From Candidatus Paceibacter sp. (GTDB lineage Bacteria > Patescibacteriota > Minisyncoccia > UBA6257 > JAGOQP01): 64,000 nucleotides of DNA. The notes under the pieces were generated by a model. That model had not been told where the DNA came from. It was given only the letters and a program-made list of their open reading frames with translations, and did not search any database. Numbering within the stretch: position 1 is the first letter of the stretch; each line of letters begins with the position of its first letter. The DNA lies in contig DYGB01000002.1 in assembly GCA_020724905.1 (NCBI GenBank), forward strand, positions 29,425-93,424. The letters run 5' to 3'. Positions 30,896-40,240 of the stretch are shown in pieces. The translations under genes were made by a program, and so were the position numbers.

Positions 30896-31333
30896 TTACC
30901 AGTTTTTACAGCATGCAACTATTTTTCTTCCCAGAGCATTGATATATGTGTTGTTTCTAAACACATGAATACCAATCATTAAGATCCATAGAAAAGAAAG
31001 AATAATAACTACGCTAGTTGTAATGGTCTTTTCAAGAAGTGCGTATGTAAGTGAGATGAGCGTCAAGAATAAAGGAAGTGTAAAGATTGTATAGCTGGGA
31101 TGTACTTTCTCTCGGAGAAAATAGACAAGACCAACAATACTTCCTCCCATAAGTATTCCTGTGAGTGTGGGGTCTATAGCATGTCCTGTATAGAGCAATA
31201 CGATAAGAATACCCCAGGTTATAGATACTGCTGCACAGAGGGCACAGAGGGGAAGGCTAGTTATTGAGCGAAGTATGAGTACTAGTGTGAAGAGTATAAT
31301 AATACCCAACAGTACAAGTGTAATAAAATCCAT
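30896..31333 (-). CDS. hypothetical polytopic membrane protein of the copper operon
   Basis: 145 aa with 4 predicted TM helices; 1-nt overlap with the upstream gene. Confidence 0.45.
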   Translation of the reverse strand: MDFITLVLLGIIILFTLVLILRSITSLPLCALCAAVSITWGILIVLLYTGHAIDPTLTGILMGGSIVGLVYFLREKVHPSYTIFTLPLFLTLISLTYALLEKTITTSVVIILSFLWILMIGIHVFRNNTYINALGRKIVACCKNW

Positions 31334-31839
31334 TATGATGTTAATTGAATAATAAGCGCTGCTACTATCAAAAGTAGACCAGTAATAAGTATTCCTTGAA
31401 ATGGGATCTGTTTACCTCGTATATTGGTAAGAGCTTTACTGAGTAGTGGAGAAATATACATAATACATGCCCCCATAATAACTCCTAGTAAATAAAGGTT
31501 AATCGTATAGGTTGTTCCATACTCTCCGATAAAAGGAATATAGAGTGGTCCATAGTCTTGTACGAGGGGTAATATTGGAACAACGGTTCCTAAAAACAGT
31601 ATGAGGGTAAGGATGTGCTTTTGAAATGGTATGTATTGCTTTTGTACTATCTTGGAGATCCATAAGCCAAGAGCCAAGGCAAATGCTCCGATACATAATC
31701 CAACAATAACGGAAGAAATCCCCAAAGACGCAGCGAGTACTGCTAAAGCACCGGCTCCAACTGTACAGAGTGGACAATGAGCTGATGCTACTTTTGGGAT
31801 AAGAGCGATAAGTGGAAGAGTTAGAATATATTTTTTCAT
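31333..31839 (-). CDS. hypothetical membrane protein with N-terminal HCPLC motif
   Basis: 168 aa, signal/TM then AHCPLCTVG, multiple TM helices. Confidence 0.45.
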   Translation of the reverse strand: MKKYILTLPLIALIPKVASAHCPLCTVGAGALAVLAASLGISSVIVGLCIGAFALALGLWISKIVQKQYIPFQKHILTLILFLGTVVPILPLVQDYGPLYIPFIGEYGTTYTINLYLLGVIMGACIMYISPLLSKALTNIRGKQIPFQGILITGLLLIVAALIIQLTS

Positions 31840-31841
31840 AC

Positions 31842-32336
31842 TTATATTGTCATAAAGATACTCCCCTTTTCTCCATCATGAGTAATTTCATAGATAACAA
31901 AATCTCCCGTTTTTGGTCCAGGCATACCTGGGGATCCAGCGGGCATTCCTGCCATTCCGATTCCTGCTATGTCTGGTTTTTCAGTGAGTAATTGTATAAT
32001 TGCCTCATTAGGAATATGACCTTCTACTACATAACCACCTATTTCTGCTGTGTGACAACTTTCAACATCATAGGGTACCCTCAATGAACGTTTTACCTCT
32101 CCAAGGTCATGTGTTTCATGTACGGCAACACTGTATCCTTCTTTTTCCATGTACTTACCCCAGACACCACAACATCCACAAGTAGGTGATTTATGAAGAA
32201 CCACCTGTGGTTGATTTGAAGATGCTGTTTTTAGAACATCATTTTTAACAGGGACATCTTTTTCTGACAGGAGTATTCCTCCTAGTCCAATAACTGCAAT
32301 ACCTATACTAGCTATAATAAATATATTTTTATTCAT
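31842..32336 (-). CDS. DUF411-family metal-binding protein (CopG-like, CxCC motif)
   Basis: SPTCGCCGVWGKYMEKEGY... matches the DUF411 family recurrent in copper-resistance loci. Confidence 0.7.
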   Translation of the reverse strand: MNKNIFIIASIGIAVIGLGGILLSEKDVPVKNDVLKTASSNQPQVVLHKSPTCGCCGVWGKYMEKEGYSVAVHETHDLGEVKRSLRVPYDVESCHTAEIGGYVVEGHIPNEAIIQLLTEKPDIAGIGMAGMPAGSPGMPGPKTGDFVIYEITHDGEKGSIFMTI

Positions 32337-32697
32337 GTTTTTGTGAAAGTATTTTTTTTGTGAGAGTGATAATAAGGAGTATCCCTACAAGGAGCCAGAC
32401 AATCATTAGTATTGGCATACCCCAGTACATAAATGATCCAGTTATACCTGTGTGATGTGGATAGTACGTTCCAGTGGACATCATTTGATTGTAGGGCATA
32501 GTATTGTACTCTCCAGAACGCTCCATAAATGACGCCATTTCTTGAAGTTCTGTTTCAGTGAGCTCTTCTCCTTGCATCATGGCATTCATGCTGTTTTGTA
32601 ATTGATCTACGTTTTCTTGATATATCATGTGTGCCTCTGATGTGAATGGAATAATGAGTATCCCAAGGAGTATTATTGAGAATAATATGTTTTTCAT
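32329..32697 (-). CDS. Met-rich membrane-anchored protein (putative periplasmic Cu-binding)
   Basis: Met/His-rich segment (NSMNAMMQGEE...MPYNQMMSTGTYYPHH) between N- and C-terminal hydrophobic helices; start placed at the internal Met to avoid a long overlap with csoR. Confidence 0.45.
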   Translation of the reverse strand: MKNILFSIILLGILIIPFTSEAHMIYQENVDQLQNSMNAMMQGEELTETELQEMASFMERSGEYNTMPYNQMMSTGTYYPHHTGITGSFMYWGMPILMIVWLLVGILLIITLTKKILSQKHE

Positions 32698-32704
32698 AGA
32701 ATAA

Positions 32705-32980
32705 TTATTTTTTATTTGTTTTTTTAAATACAGTAATGATTTCATCTATTGCCATTTGTTCTTTTCCTCCCTTTATTTGTGCAATAACATGCTCTGAGAG
32801 ATGGTTTTCAAGCATGAGATTTTCTACAACCAATAGAGCACTTCGTATAGCTGATGATTGTGTAATGATATCTATACAATATTTTTCTTCAGCGACCATT
32901 TTTTGAAGTCCTCGCACTTGTCCCTCAATTCTTTTGAGACGATTATGTATGCGTTTTTGTATCTCTGTATTCATATACAA
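32705..32980 (-). CDS. csoR: CsoR/RcnR-family metal-sensing transcriptional repressor
   Basis: RLKRIEGQVRGLQKMV...YCIDIITQ...HLSEH signature of the DUF156 CsoR family. Confidence 0.85.
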   Translation of the reverse strand: MYMNTEIQKRIHNRLKRIEGQVRGLQKMVAEEKYCIDIITQSSAIRSALLVVENLMLENHLSEHVIAQIKGGKEQMAIDEIITVFKKTNKK

Positions 32981-32985
32981 TAAAT

Positions 32986-33002
32986 ATACCCCATGGGGGT
33001 AT
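32986..33002. promoter_or_regulatory. candidate CsoR operator (ATACCCC-atg-GGGGTAT inverted repeat)
   Basis: GC-tract palindrome 6 bp upstream of the csoR start; resembles the B. subtilis copZA CsoR box TACCC-N-GGGTA. Confidence 0.6.
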
Positions 33003-33036
33003 ATATTGCAAGAGTGTTTTATAAAATGAAAACGTC

Positions 33037-33366
33037 TTATTGAAGCTTAAAGCGTATAATCTTTACTATTGTATCTGGTCCTACTCTATCTCCATAATAC
33101 TTCTTGTATGTTTGATACATTTCTTCATCGTTTGAAAACTTTTCATGTCCATCAAAATCAGATTCTTCTAAGTCCCCCATTTTCTTTTTCCATACATCAA
33201 GAAGTTTTGCTGTACCAAAAATTTCTCTAGTGTTCCAGTTCATAAGATCTACTACATCTCCTTTTTTAAGATCTTTATCATCAAAAAGACGCCATGTGAG
33301 ATCTTTTTCTCCAGTTAAGACAAGTTGTGCTAAATGATCTCTAAATTTAATTACTTTATGTTCCAT
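33037..33366 (-). CDS. ASCH-domain protein (PUA-like fold)
   Basis: VIKFRDHLAQLVLTGEKDLTWRLFDD...KKGDVVDL pattern typical of ASCH. Confidence 0.6.
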   Translation of the reverse strand: MEHKVIKFRDHLAQLVLTGEKDLTWRLFDDKDLKKGDVVDLMNWNTREIFGTAKLLDVWKKKMGDLEESDFDGHEKFSNDEEMYQTYKKYYGDRVGPDTIVKIIRFKLQ

Positions 33367-33411
33367 ATATATAATTGTATCACAGAATTCTCTCTAAAAC
33401 TTATCACGAAG

Positions 33412-33436
33412 TGGCTGGCGTTCTCGTGTTAGAACC
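33412..33436 (+). repeat. degenerate copy of the tRNA-Gln 3' end (att-like direct repeat A)
   Basis: TGGCTGGCGTTCTCGTGTTAGAACC matches the reverse-complemented tRNA-Gln 3' end (49568-49592) at 18/25 and repeat B at 19/24. Confidence 0.5.
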
Positions 33437-33623
33437 AATCTATCTGCAAGTCAGGTAATGTTTATTTACCACTCCCTTATTGCATCATGTTGACCCTCTT
33501 TGGGCGTATTGAAAAAGTGACAAAAGTGACAGATTTTTAGAGAAAAGTACAGTTAACTATTATTCATTTTTTGGTATTTATAATAATAAAAGGAGTACAT
33601 TTTTGTACTCCTTTTCTATCTTA

Positions 33624-33995
33624 CTACAATACTCCTTTTACTATATATGTTGGATATGAGATATCCCATCCAACAAATCCATTCCCAAAAAGTTTTTTTA
33701 GTGTATCAGTCATTTCTTCAAAATAATCATTATATCGCCTCCTTCCCAGTTTCTCCTTTTCTTGTGGTGAGTTATCGAGGGGGTCGTCAACTGTGAAGGG
33801 AGCAAGTACAAACCCTATTCCATGTTGATCTTTAGAAACTTTTCGGACATAAATTTCTAAATATTCACCATGTTTTCTTAAGATGTCTGAATCTTTCTCC
33901 CATTCTTCAGCAAGATCCAAAAGTTTTTTGAGAGAGACTTTTTTGTCAGAAAATTTCCATATTCCTGTTACCCAAAACTCTTTTACTGCTGGCAT
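33624..33995 (-). CDS. hypothetical protein
   Basis: Start at ATG 33995 preceded by an AAGGAGG RBS; no family recognised. Confidence 0.5.
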   Translation of the reverse strand: MPAVKEFWVTGIWKFSDKKVSLKKLLDLAEEWEKDSDILRKHGEYLEIYVRKVSKDQHGIGFVLAPFTVDDPLDNSPQEKEKLGRRRYNDYFEEMTDTLKKLFGNGFVGWDISYPTYIVKGVL

Positions 33996-34111
33996 AAAAA
34001 ACCTCCTTTTGAAAATGAAATAAAAAATAAATGAAATGAATGTAAAAGAACGAAACACTACATAGTGTGTAGTGTTTATATAGTAAACTCTATATTGCCA
34101 TTAGTCAATAT

Positions 34112-34723
34112 CTACTTTTGAACAAAGAAATAGAGCCAGTGTGTTTTTCTTTCGTCATTCTCTACATGTGTCCCCTGTTCTAAAATAGTAAAGTTATTAA
34201 CTTCTAATATTTTTTTGAATTCTTCTTGGGTGTAGAAAGAGAAATATCGTTCAATACCACCCATTTTTTCTTCTTTAATAATGCCTTCTTCAAGTATCGT
34301 TTTTTCTTTTATAGAGATAAAACCAACCCCCTTTTCTTTTGTTATCCTATATATTTCTTGCAGTACAATATTTATTTCTTTTTTTGGAACATGCAAAAGA
34401 CTCGCTGCTGCCCAAAACCCATCAAAGGTATTATTTGGAAATTCAAGAGTATAAAAATCTATTTGTTTAAAAGTACCTTTTGGAACCCTTTTTTGTGCGA
34501 TAGTAAGCATTCCTTCGGAAGCATCAATTCCTATATATTTATATCTTTCTGCAAGTTGTTCCCCATCTCTTCCTGTTCCACATCCAATGTCGATGATTTT
34601 TCCATGTGATATCAGATTTTTAAATGTTTGTATCTGATCAACCCAAAATAACTCCGCGTTTCTTTGATTAAACTCTTCTGCAATTTTGTTATAAGTGTTT
34701 TTTGTTTTTTCTTTGTGGTTCAT
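34112..34723 (-). CDS. class I SAM-dependent methyltransferase
   Basis: Motif I IIDIGCGTGRDG; small-molecule MTase fold. Confidence 0.75.
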   Translation of the reverse strand: MNHKEKTKNTYNKIAEEFNQRNAELFWVDQIQTFKNLISHGKIIDIGCGTGRDGEQLAERYKYIGIDASEGMLTIAQKRVPKGTFKQIDFYTLEFPNNTFDGFWAAASLLHVPKKEINIVLQEIYRITKEKGVGFISIKEKTILEEGIIKEEKMGGIERYFSFYTQEEFKKILEVNNFTILEQGTHVENDERKTHWLYFFVQK

Positions 34724-34732
34724 ATTATATAT

Positions 34733-35125
34733 TTAATCCTTTTTAATCTTAGGAATATACTCTCTTGATATTTTACGAACCTGTATTTTCTCTATTCCTA
34801 GAATAGTCGCTTTCATAAGACGATGGAGTCCATCAAGGATGAGCCACTTTCCTTTGTTCTCCATAATATCTATTGGGTATGTAAGATCAGCTTCCATTGT
34901 TCTTCTATATTCTTTTTCATATTCTTCTGGATTATCAATAACCTCTTTGGGTTTTAGATTGTATATGTTGTTACCCTCCCAAAGGAAAGGTATATCAAAA
35001 TGCCAAGAAAGTTCTTGAATATCCATATCTTCGATAGGAACATCAAGTTCCCAGACTTTTCTCTCATCCCATCTAAAATCAAAACCGACATCTTTTATAA
35101 TTTGTGGAATTTCTTTTTGGTTCAT
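34733..35125 (-). CDS. hypothetical protein with ParB/Srx-like motif (LILDGLHRL)
   Basis: DGxHR-type motif near the C-terminus; 9-nt gap to the downstream MTase. Confidence 0.35.
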   Translation of the reverse strand: MNQKEIPQIIKDVGFDFRWDERKVWELDVPIEDMDIQELSWHFDIPFLWEGNNIYNLKPKEVIDNPEEYEKEYRRTMEADLTYPIDIMENKGKWLILDGLHRLMKATILGIEKIQVRKISREYIPKIKKD

Positions 35126-35185
35126 GTTGAATAAATCTCTAAAATATGAATCTTATCCTTTCTATTGTCTTCTTTGTTGCTTACA

Positions 35186-35554
35186 CTAATTTCTTACTGC
35201 TACAACATCTATCTCTAAGCTTGCTCCTAAGGGTAATGCGTTAACTTCAATTGCTGTACGAACTGGGAGTGGATGTTTAAAATAATGTAAGTATATTTTA
35301 TTAAGATTAGAAAGATCTTTTAGATCAGTTAGATATAGCTGGACTCTGATTATATCATCGAGGGTAAGCCCAGCTTTTTCTAATAAATTCTTTATATTTG
35401 AAATAATAATATCAAATCTTTCTTCTATAGTGTCTCCCGCCAAATGATCTGAAACCATATGGATTTGCCCAGAAAGAAACACTAAACCGTTTACTTCACA
35501 AGCTCCCGAAAGTGGCGCCCCTGTATCCTGTGAAGATTTATATACTTTTTTCAT
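35186..35554 (-). CDS. ridA: RidA/YjgF-family reactive-intermediate deaminase
   Basis: 122 aa; ...GQIHMV...RVQLYLTD...RTAIEV... typical of YjgF/RidA. Confidence 0.75.
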   Translation of the reverse strand: MKKVYKSSQDTGAPLSGACEVNGLVFLSGQIHMVSDHLAGDTIEERFDIIISNIKNLLEKAGLTLDDIIRVQLYLTDLKDLSNLNKIYLHYFKHPLPVRTAIEVNALPLGASLEIDVVAVRN

Positions 35555-35573
35555 GTACAGATTATACCATAAA

Positions 35574-36269
35574 TTACCTCGGATGTTTTTTCCGAAAATC
35601 TAGAATAAGCAATATAATGCACCATATAGCTACTATCGAAAGCTGAATCATTAATTCCGTCATTCCTCCAGACGTAACTATTGTAAGAGCATCGCTACCG
35701 ATAGAATATACAATAATTCCAACAAGAAAATTCCAGAATAACACGGCAGTAAACGAAGTAATGAAAAATTTTCTAAATGGCATATTTAAGATCCCCGCGG
35801 CTGTGTCTGTAAGGGCGCTCATGCTTGGGAGCCAGTAACTTCCGAAAATAGCCGATGATCCATGTTTGAGAAGTTTTTCTTTAGACTCTTTAATAGATGC
35901 TTTGAGTCCGAATTTTATAAGTAGTTTATGCCATCCATATTTTCCTAGTATATAATTTGCAAGATGTGCGCACATAAGACCGAGTGTACCAATGCATATC
36001 CGTATAAGTGCATCTGAAAGAGAGTTAGCGCTTGCTACGCTCACAAAAATAATGAACACCCCTGGGAAGTATCCGCCAAATAAAAGCATACCCTCAATAC
36101 ATGCGCTTATGAATATAATAATGAGCCCATAAGAATCAAACCATGTGTTGATATGTTCTGTGAGTATTTCTGTGGAAGGAAGATCAAAAAGCCTCCAAGC
36201 AATAAAAAGAGAGAGAAATGTAGCAAGTAGACTAAGGGGTAAGGATAAAAGCTTGAGATAGTATTTCAT
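35574..36269 (-). CDS. DedA/TVP38-family membrane protein
   Basis: Polytopic; GGYFPGVFIIF and SYWLPSMSALTDTAAG motifs resemble DedA. Confidence 0.65.
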   Translation of the reverse strand: MKYYLKLLSLPLSLLATFLSLFIAWRLFDLPSTEILTEHINTWFDSYGLIIIFISACIEGMLLFGGYFPGVFIIFVSVASANSLSDALIRICIGTLGLMCAHLANYILGKYGWHKLLIKFGLKASIKESKEKLLKHGSSAIFGSYWLPSMSALTDTAAGILNMPFRKFFITSFTAVLFWNFLVGIIVYSIGSDALTIVTSGGMTELMIQLSIVAIWCIILLILDFRKKHPR

Positions 36270-36934
36270 TTATTTATTTTTTTACCACTGTGTTGAGGTG
36301 TATATAGTAGAAAAGAATCCTTGTTTTCCTTTGTTTCAGCCAAAAGAAATTGTTCATCAGTTATTGTTCTTGTTTTATACCCGTCGTAAGAAAGACTCTC
36401 TTCTATCTTTGTTAATATAGATTGGTATTTTTCTGATTCCCAGTGGGGAATGATAGAGGTATCTATCATATTTAGTCCCTCATATATTTGTATCGGTGCA
36501 ACAGAAGGGTCGTCTGCAGAGTCAAAGTATTTTAATGTTGGACCAAGAACTATAGCTCCGGCACTATCTCCTCCAACAACAATACCTTCCTCTAGTAATG
36601 CTTTAATCATACCATCAAGTCCACTCTCCTTTAGTGAATATCGAAGCATAAAGGTGTTTCCTCCGTTAAACCACAGAACATCAAATCTTTTTAGGGTTGA
36701 TTCTAGTTCGTTATTATTTTTATAGAAGTTTCTCAAATCTATTTCTTCTACATAAGAGACAATATCTTTAAAGTATAATATCAGCTCTTTTGATTTTTCT
36801 AATCGTTCCTTATCTGGTTTATCATCTTTTGCATTAAGAATAAGGCCTAATTTTATTTTATCTTTGGGTTTATTTATAAAACGTAGGAATGTCTCTACAT
36901 CAGGTATTCTGTATGAAGAAAGGTATAATTTCAT
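36266..36934 (-). CDS. peptidase S51 (dipeptidase E / cyanophycinase-like)
   Basis: FNGGNTF and GGDSAGAIVLG motifs. Confidence 0.7.
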   Translation of the reverse strand: MKLYLSSYRIPDVETFLRFINKPKDKIKLGLILNAKDDKPDKERLEKSKELILYFKDIVSYVEEIDLRNFYKNNNELESTLKRFDVLWFNGGNTFMLRYSLKESGLDGMIKALLEEGIVVGGDSAGAIVLGPTLKYFDSADDPSVAPIQIYEGLNMIDTSIIPHWESEKYQSILTKIEESLSYDGYKTRTITDEQFLLAETKENKDSFLLYTPQHSGKKINK

Positions 36935-36938
36935 AGGT

Positions 36939-37688
36939 TTACTTTAGTTTAAATAAAAATCCATTCCTACTCCAAAACCATAGAGGGGAATGCATGTCTA
37001 TTGGATCTATTCCACTTTTATTTAAAGCCGTTCTCCATTTTTCTGATATATCTTCTCTTTTTAGTTCACTCCCCTCTTTTTCTGTTATTATGCCGAGTTT
37101 TATAGAACATTTTATTATATGTGTATCAGGTGCTATTTCGATCTTATCTCTATTTTTTAGATGTAGGCCGCAATAAGTATCAAGGATAAATGCCCAATAA
37201 TTAAATATTTTAGGACCGGAGAGATACGGGAATTCTTTCTTATGTTTGATTTGAATTTGGTTTTTCAGTGTTAGGAAATCACCTTGTGTTTCTTTTATTA
37301 AATAAGAAAAAGAACCCCAATTTTTTTCTACTGCCTTGGTAATGGATATCCAGGTATCTGTATGCTTATTTGGTTGAAGTGCTAGTTTGTGTTTCAAAAG
37401 AGCTTTCTGGATTTCTCTTCTTTTCTTTTTCTTTATATTTTTTATCTCGAATATAAATTTTGTTGACTTATCATTGTATGTTTTTAACGCAGCCTCCCAA
37501 AGATCATAACTGTTTCTTTGATAATTAAGTGCCATCGGTAACGTGAAATAGGCAATTTTATCTTCCAATTCATTTTTTAAAAATCTTGGATGAGAATCTT
37601 CTGGCATTATTGTTTTTCCCAAATCACCCCTTTTGAATGCCTCTATAAGGATGTGGCATCTATTTTGTAACAATGAGTTATTCTTCAT
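36939..37688 (-). CDS. hypothetical protein (possible HhH-type DNA glycosylase-like)
   Basis: 249 aa; weak resemblance (FPYLSGPKIFNYWAFIL) to HhH glycosylases; not confidently assigned. Confidence 0.35.
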   Translation of the reverse strand: MKNNSLLQNRCHILIEAFKRGDLGKTIMPEDSHPRFLKNELEDKIAYFTLPMALNYQRNSYDLWEAALKTYNDKSTKFIFEIKNIKKKKRREIQKALLKHKLALQPNKHTDTWISITKAVEKNWGSFSYLIKETQGDFLTLKNQIQIKHKKEFPYLSGPKIFNYWAFILDTYCGLHLKNRDKIEIAPDTHIIKCSIKLGIITEKEGSELKREDISEKWRTALNKSGIDPIDMHSPLWFWSRNGFLFKLK

Positions 37689-37692
37689 TTGG

Positions 37693-38238
37693 TTATAATA
37701 GATTCAAGATTTCTGGGAATTCTTTTCCACAAAAATGTCCTTTATCTGAGTATTCGTGGTACGTGGCTTTTGGGAGAGATTTTTTTATTATCTCGAATGA
37801 TGTTAATAGATCCGGAGAGTCGTCTGATGATATAAATACGTGAATCGTGTTAATATCCTGAATGTTAGAGTTTATCGAAAAGTTAAAAAAGTCAGTCGTT
37901 AGTTCGTTTTCAGGATCTAGCCATGGGGCAACAAGGATTATTTTTTCCACCTTAATGTTTGGGTTTTCTGAGAAGAATCGTAGTAAAAACCCGCCTCCAC
38001 AACTGTGTCCGATAACTATACTATTTTTTTCTAATGATTGTTGCTTAAATACCTCAAGCCAATTCTCATATAAAGGATCAAATGGTTTTGGGTACTCAAG
38101 TGCTTGGCATAAACCGTTCTTGAGAGCTATTTGTTTTTGTAACCATGGAAACCAATTTGTATTTGATGGGGATGGTTTTTCTGTTTTATAAAACTCATCT
38201 TTATATGGGGATCCGTGTATAAGTATGGTTTGATTCAT
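37693..38238 (-). CDS. alpha/beta hydrolase, YdeN/RBBP9-like serine hydrolase
   Basis: GHSCGG nucleophile elbow; ~180 aa single-domain hydrolase. Confidence 0.65.
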   Translation of the reverse strand: MNQTILIHGSPYKDEFYKTEKPSPSNTNWFPWLQKQIALKNGLCQALEYPKPFDPLYENWLEVFKQQSLEKNSIVIGHSCGGGFLLRFFSENPNIKVEKIILVAPWLDPENELTTDFFNFSINSNIQDINTIHVFISSDDSPDLLTSFEIIKKSLPKATYHEYSDKGHFCGKEFPEILNLL

Positions 38239-38252
38239 GTTGTCTTGTTACA

Positions 38253-38591
38253 TTAATATAATTTTTCACCGTTGGGAACTTTTTTATCAGGTCTTGCTAT
38301 GACAATATCTCCGTCTTTATCTTTAAAGCCCGTAACTAAACATTCAGAAACATATTTTCCCACTTTTTTTGGTGGAAAGTTAACAACGCCGATGACTTGT
38401 TGTCCCAACAACTCTTCTTTTGTGTAATGATGAGTTATTTGACTACTTGACGTTTTTATTCCAAGTTCTTCTCCAAAATCTATTTTCATTTTATATGCAG
38501 GATCCTTAGCCTCAGGAAAATCTTCTATTTCTACAATAGTTCCAACGCGTAACTCTATGTTCTCAAATTCCTCCCAAGTGATTGTTTTCAT
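38253..38591 (-). CDS. csaA: tRNA-binding protein (CsaA/EMAP-like OB fold)
   Basis: 112 aa; LLGQQVIGVVNFPPKKVGKYVSECLV characteristic of the tRNA_bind domain. Confidence 0.7.
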   Translation of the reverse strand: MKTITWEEFENIELRVGTIVEIEDFPEAKDPAYKMKIDFGEELGIKTSSSQITHHYTKEELLGQQVIGVVNFPPKKVGKYVSECLVTGFKDKDGDIVIARPDKKVPNGEKLY

Positions 38592-38606
38592 GGTATTATT
38601 ATATCA

Positions 38607-39266
38607 TTGATGAAGAATAAATTTCCAACCATTATATTCTGGAGCATCATCACGCTACTTCCCATTCTTGGAATAATTTTTGGCATTCTCGATCCAGAAT
38701 CGTTCGAGCATGGGAAGCAATTAGCACAAGAATATATCATTCCTTTTGGTGTTTTTGCTCCTTTTGTGTTTATCTTTATCCAAGCACTTCAAGTTATTAT
38801 CACTCCCATTAGTCACTATAGCGTTGGTATTATTGGTGGGTTTATTTGGGGACCATACATAGGAGGAGTGTTGAATTGGACTGGTCGTATGATAGGACAT
38901 GCAATTGCATTTATTATTGCTCGGAAAATAGGAAAAAAGCTTGCTTTGAAATTTGTAAGTTCTCAACAGATAGAGAAATATGACAAATATGTTTCTAATA
39001 AATCTCTATTTCTATTTTTGTTTTATTTTCTCCCTCTTTTTCCTGATGATGAATTAAGTTATCTTGCAGGACTTTCAAAAATGAAGGCAAAATCATTTAT
39101 TGTTGCAAATATATTTGGGCATATTGGCGGAAGCTTTAGTCTTGCATATATTGGGGCTGGAATAGATGAGTACAATCCATTTTTCTGGATATTAATTACT
39201 CTCACTTTAATTGGATTTGTTATGTTTTGGTTTGTGGTAATTAGGAATAATAGGTCATTTGAATAA
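38607..39266 (+). CDS. TVP38/TMEM64 (DedA-related) membrane protein
   Basis: Polytopic; conserved ...DDELSYLAGLSKM...FIVANIFGHIGG region. Confidence 0.65.
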   Translation: MMKNKFPTIIFWSIITLLPILGIIFGILDPESFEHGKQLAQEYIIPFGVFAPFVFIFIQALQVIITPISHYSVGIIGGFIWGPYIGGVLNWTGRMIGHAIAFIIARKIGKKLALKFVSSQQIEKYDKYVSNKSLFLFLFYFLPLFPDDELSYLAGLSKMKAKSFIVANIFGHIGGSFSLAYIGAGIDEYNPFFWILITLTLIGFVMFWFVVIRNNRSFE

Positions 39267-39303
39267 AATAAAAGCGCAGATATATTATCCACGCTTTTTT
39301 GCG

Positions 39304-39708
39304 TTATTTCTTCAAGGAATCAGGTAATAGACAAGTATGTGAATCCCAAATCCATATTCTTTTCTTGTTCAAATTAAATACTTTACTAAAGAAACCGCAT
39401 ACGAGTTGACTTTCCGGCTCCTGATCTAATTCAAATTGAATTGAGTTTAGTTTGGTAATGGGGATTGGATTTTCTTTCATATCTAGATATTCAACATTTC
39501 TCAAAATGAAATGTGTGGTGGCTACTATGTCAACTATATCCCCAACCTTAATTTCCTCTATTGTGTTGGTGAGCGTTGCACAAATACGCTTGTAAGGTCT
39601 TGGTACTTCCTCTCTGGGTAATTGTGCTTCTGATATTATGACGATGCTCTCATCATATTCTAGTCTTTCGTTTCCGAAATAATCATAGAAAAACAATTTG
39701 TCTTTCAT
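39304..39708 (-). CDS. hypothetical protein
   Basis: 134-aa ORF; no family recognised. Confidence 0.4.
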   Translation of the reverse strand: MKDKLFFYDYFGNERLEYDESIVIISEAQLPREEVPRPYKRICATLTNTIEEIKVGDIVDIVATTHFILRNVEYLDMKENPIPITKLNSIQFELDQEPESQLVCGFFSKVFNLNKKRIWIWDSHTCLLPDSLKK

Positions 39709-39773
39709 AAATCCTCCTTGATTTTTATTGTGCTATATATTCTATATCATATATGAACATCCTTGTAAATCTA

Positions 39774-40232
39774 TTACAAAAGTTGTTTATCAAGCGGTGG
39801 GTCTGAGAAATATGTTCTTACTATAAAACCTTTTTCCATTAATTCAATCATTTCCATGTAAGGTCTTTTTATAAGCAGAAATTGTGGTTGGGGAAGATAT
39901 TTCTTTTTAAAGTCTTGATAATTAGAAACAGTAAAGTCCGCGTCCCCTCTTTCTGGTTTGGTTACATCAGGAACCCTTATCTTGAGAATTTTTAATATTC
40001 CAGCATTAGTTTCTATATCTCTAATATGATATATATATCCCGATTTTGTTTCTTTTATTCTTTTCCCAATTTTTTTCGTAGCACTTTCCAGTTCTGTATA
40101 TTCAGATTCTGATTGTGAAAATATACACGCATAATTCAAAGATGCATTAACTTCATCTGTGTATTTATCTTTAAGATATGATGCTTGTAAAACTATATTT
40201 TTAACAATGTCTAGTAATTCTTTTTCGTTCAT
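39774..40232 (-). CDS. hypothetical protein
   Basis: 152-aa ORF; no family recognised. Confidence 0.4.
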   Translation of the reverse strand: MNEKELLDIVKNIVLQASYLKDKYTDEVNASLNYACIFSQSESEYTELESATKKIGKRIKETKSGYIYHIRDIETNAGILKILKIRVPDVTKPERGDADFTVSNYQDFKKKYLPQPQFLLIKRPYMEMIELMEKGFIVRTYFSDPPLDKQLL

Positions 40233-40240
40233 ACTATTTT

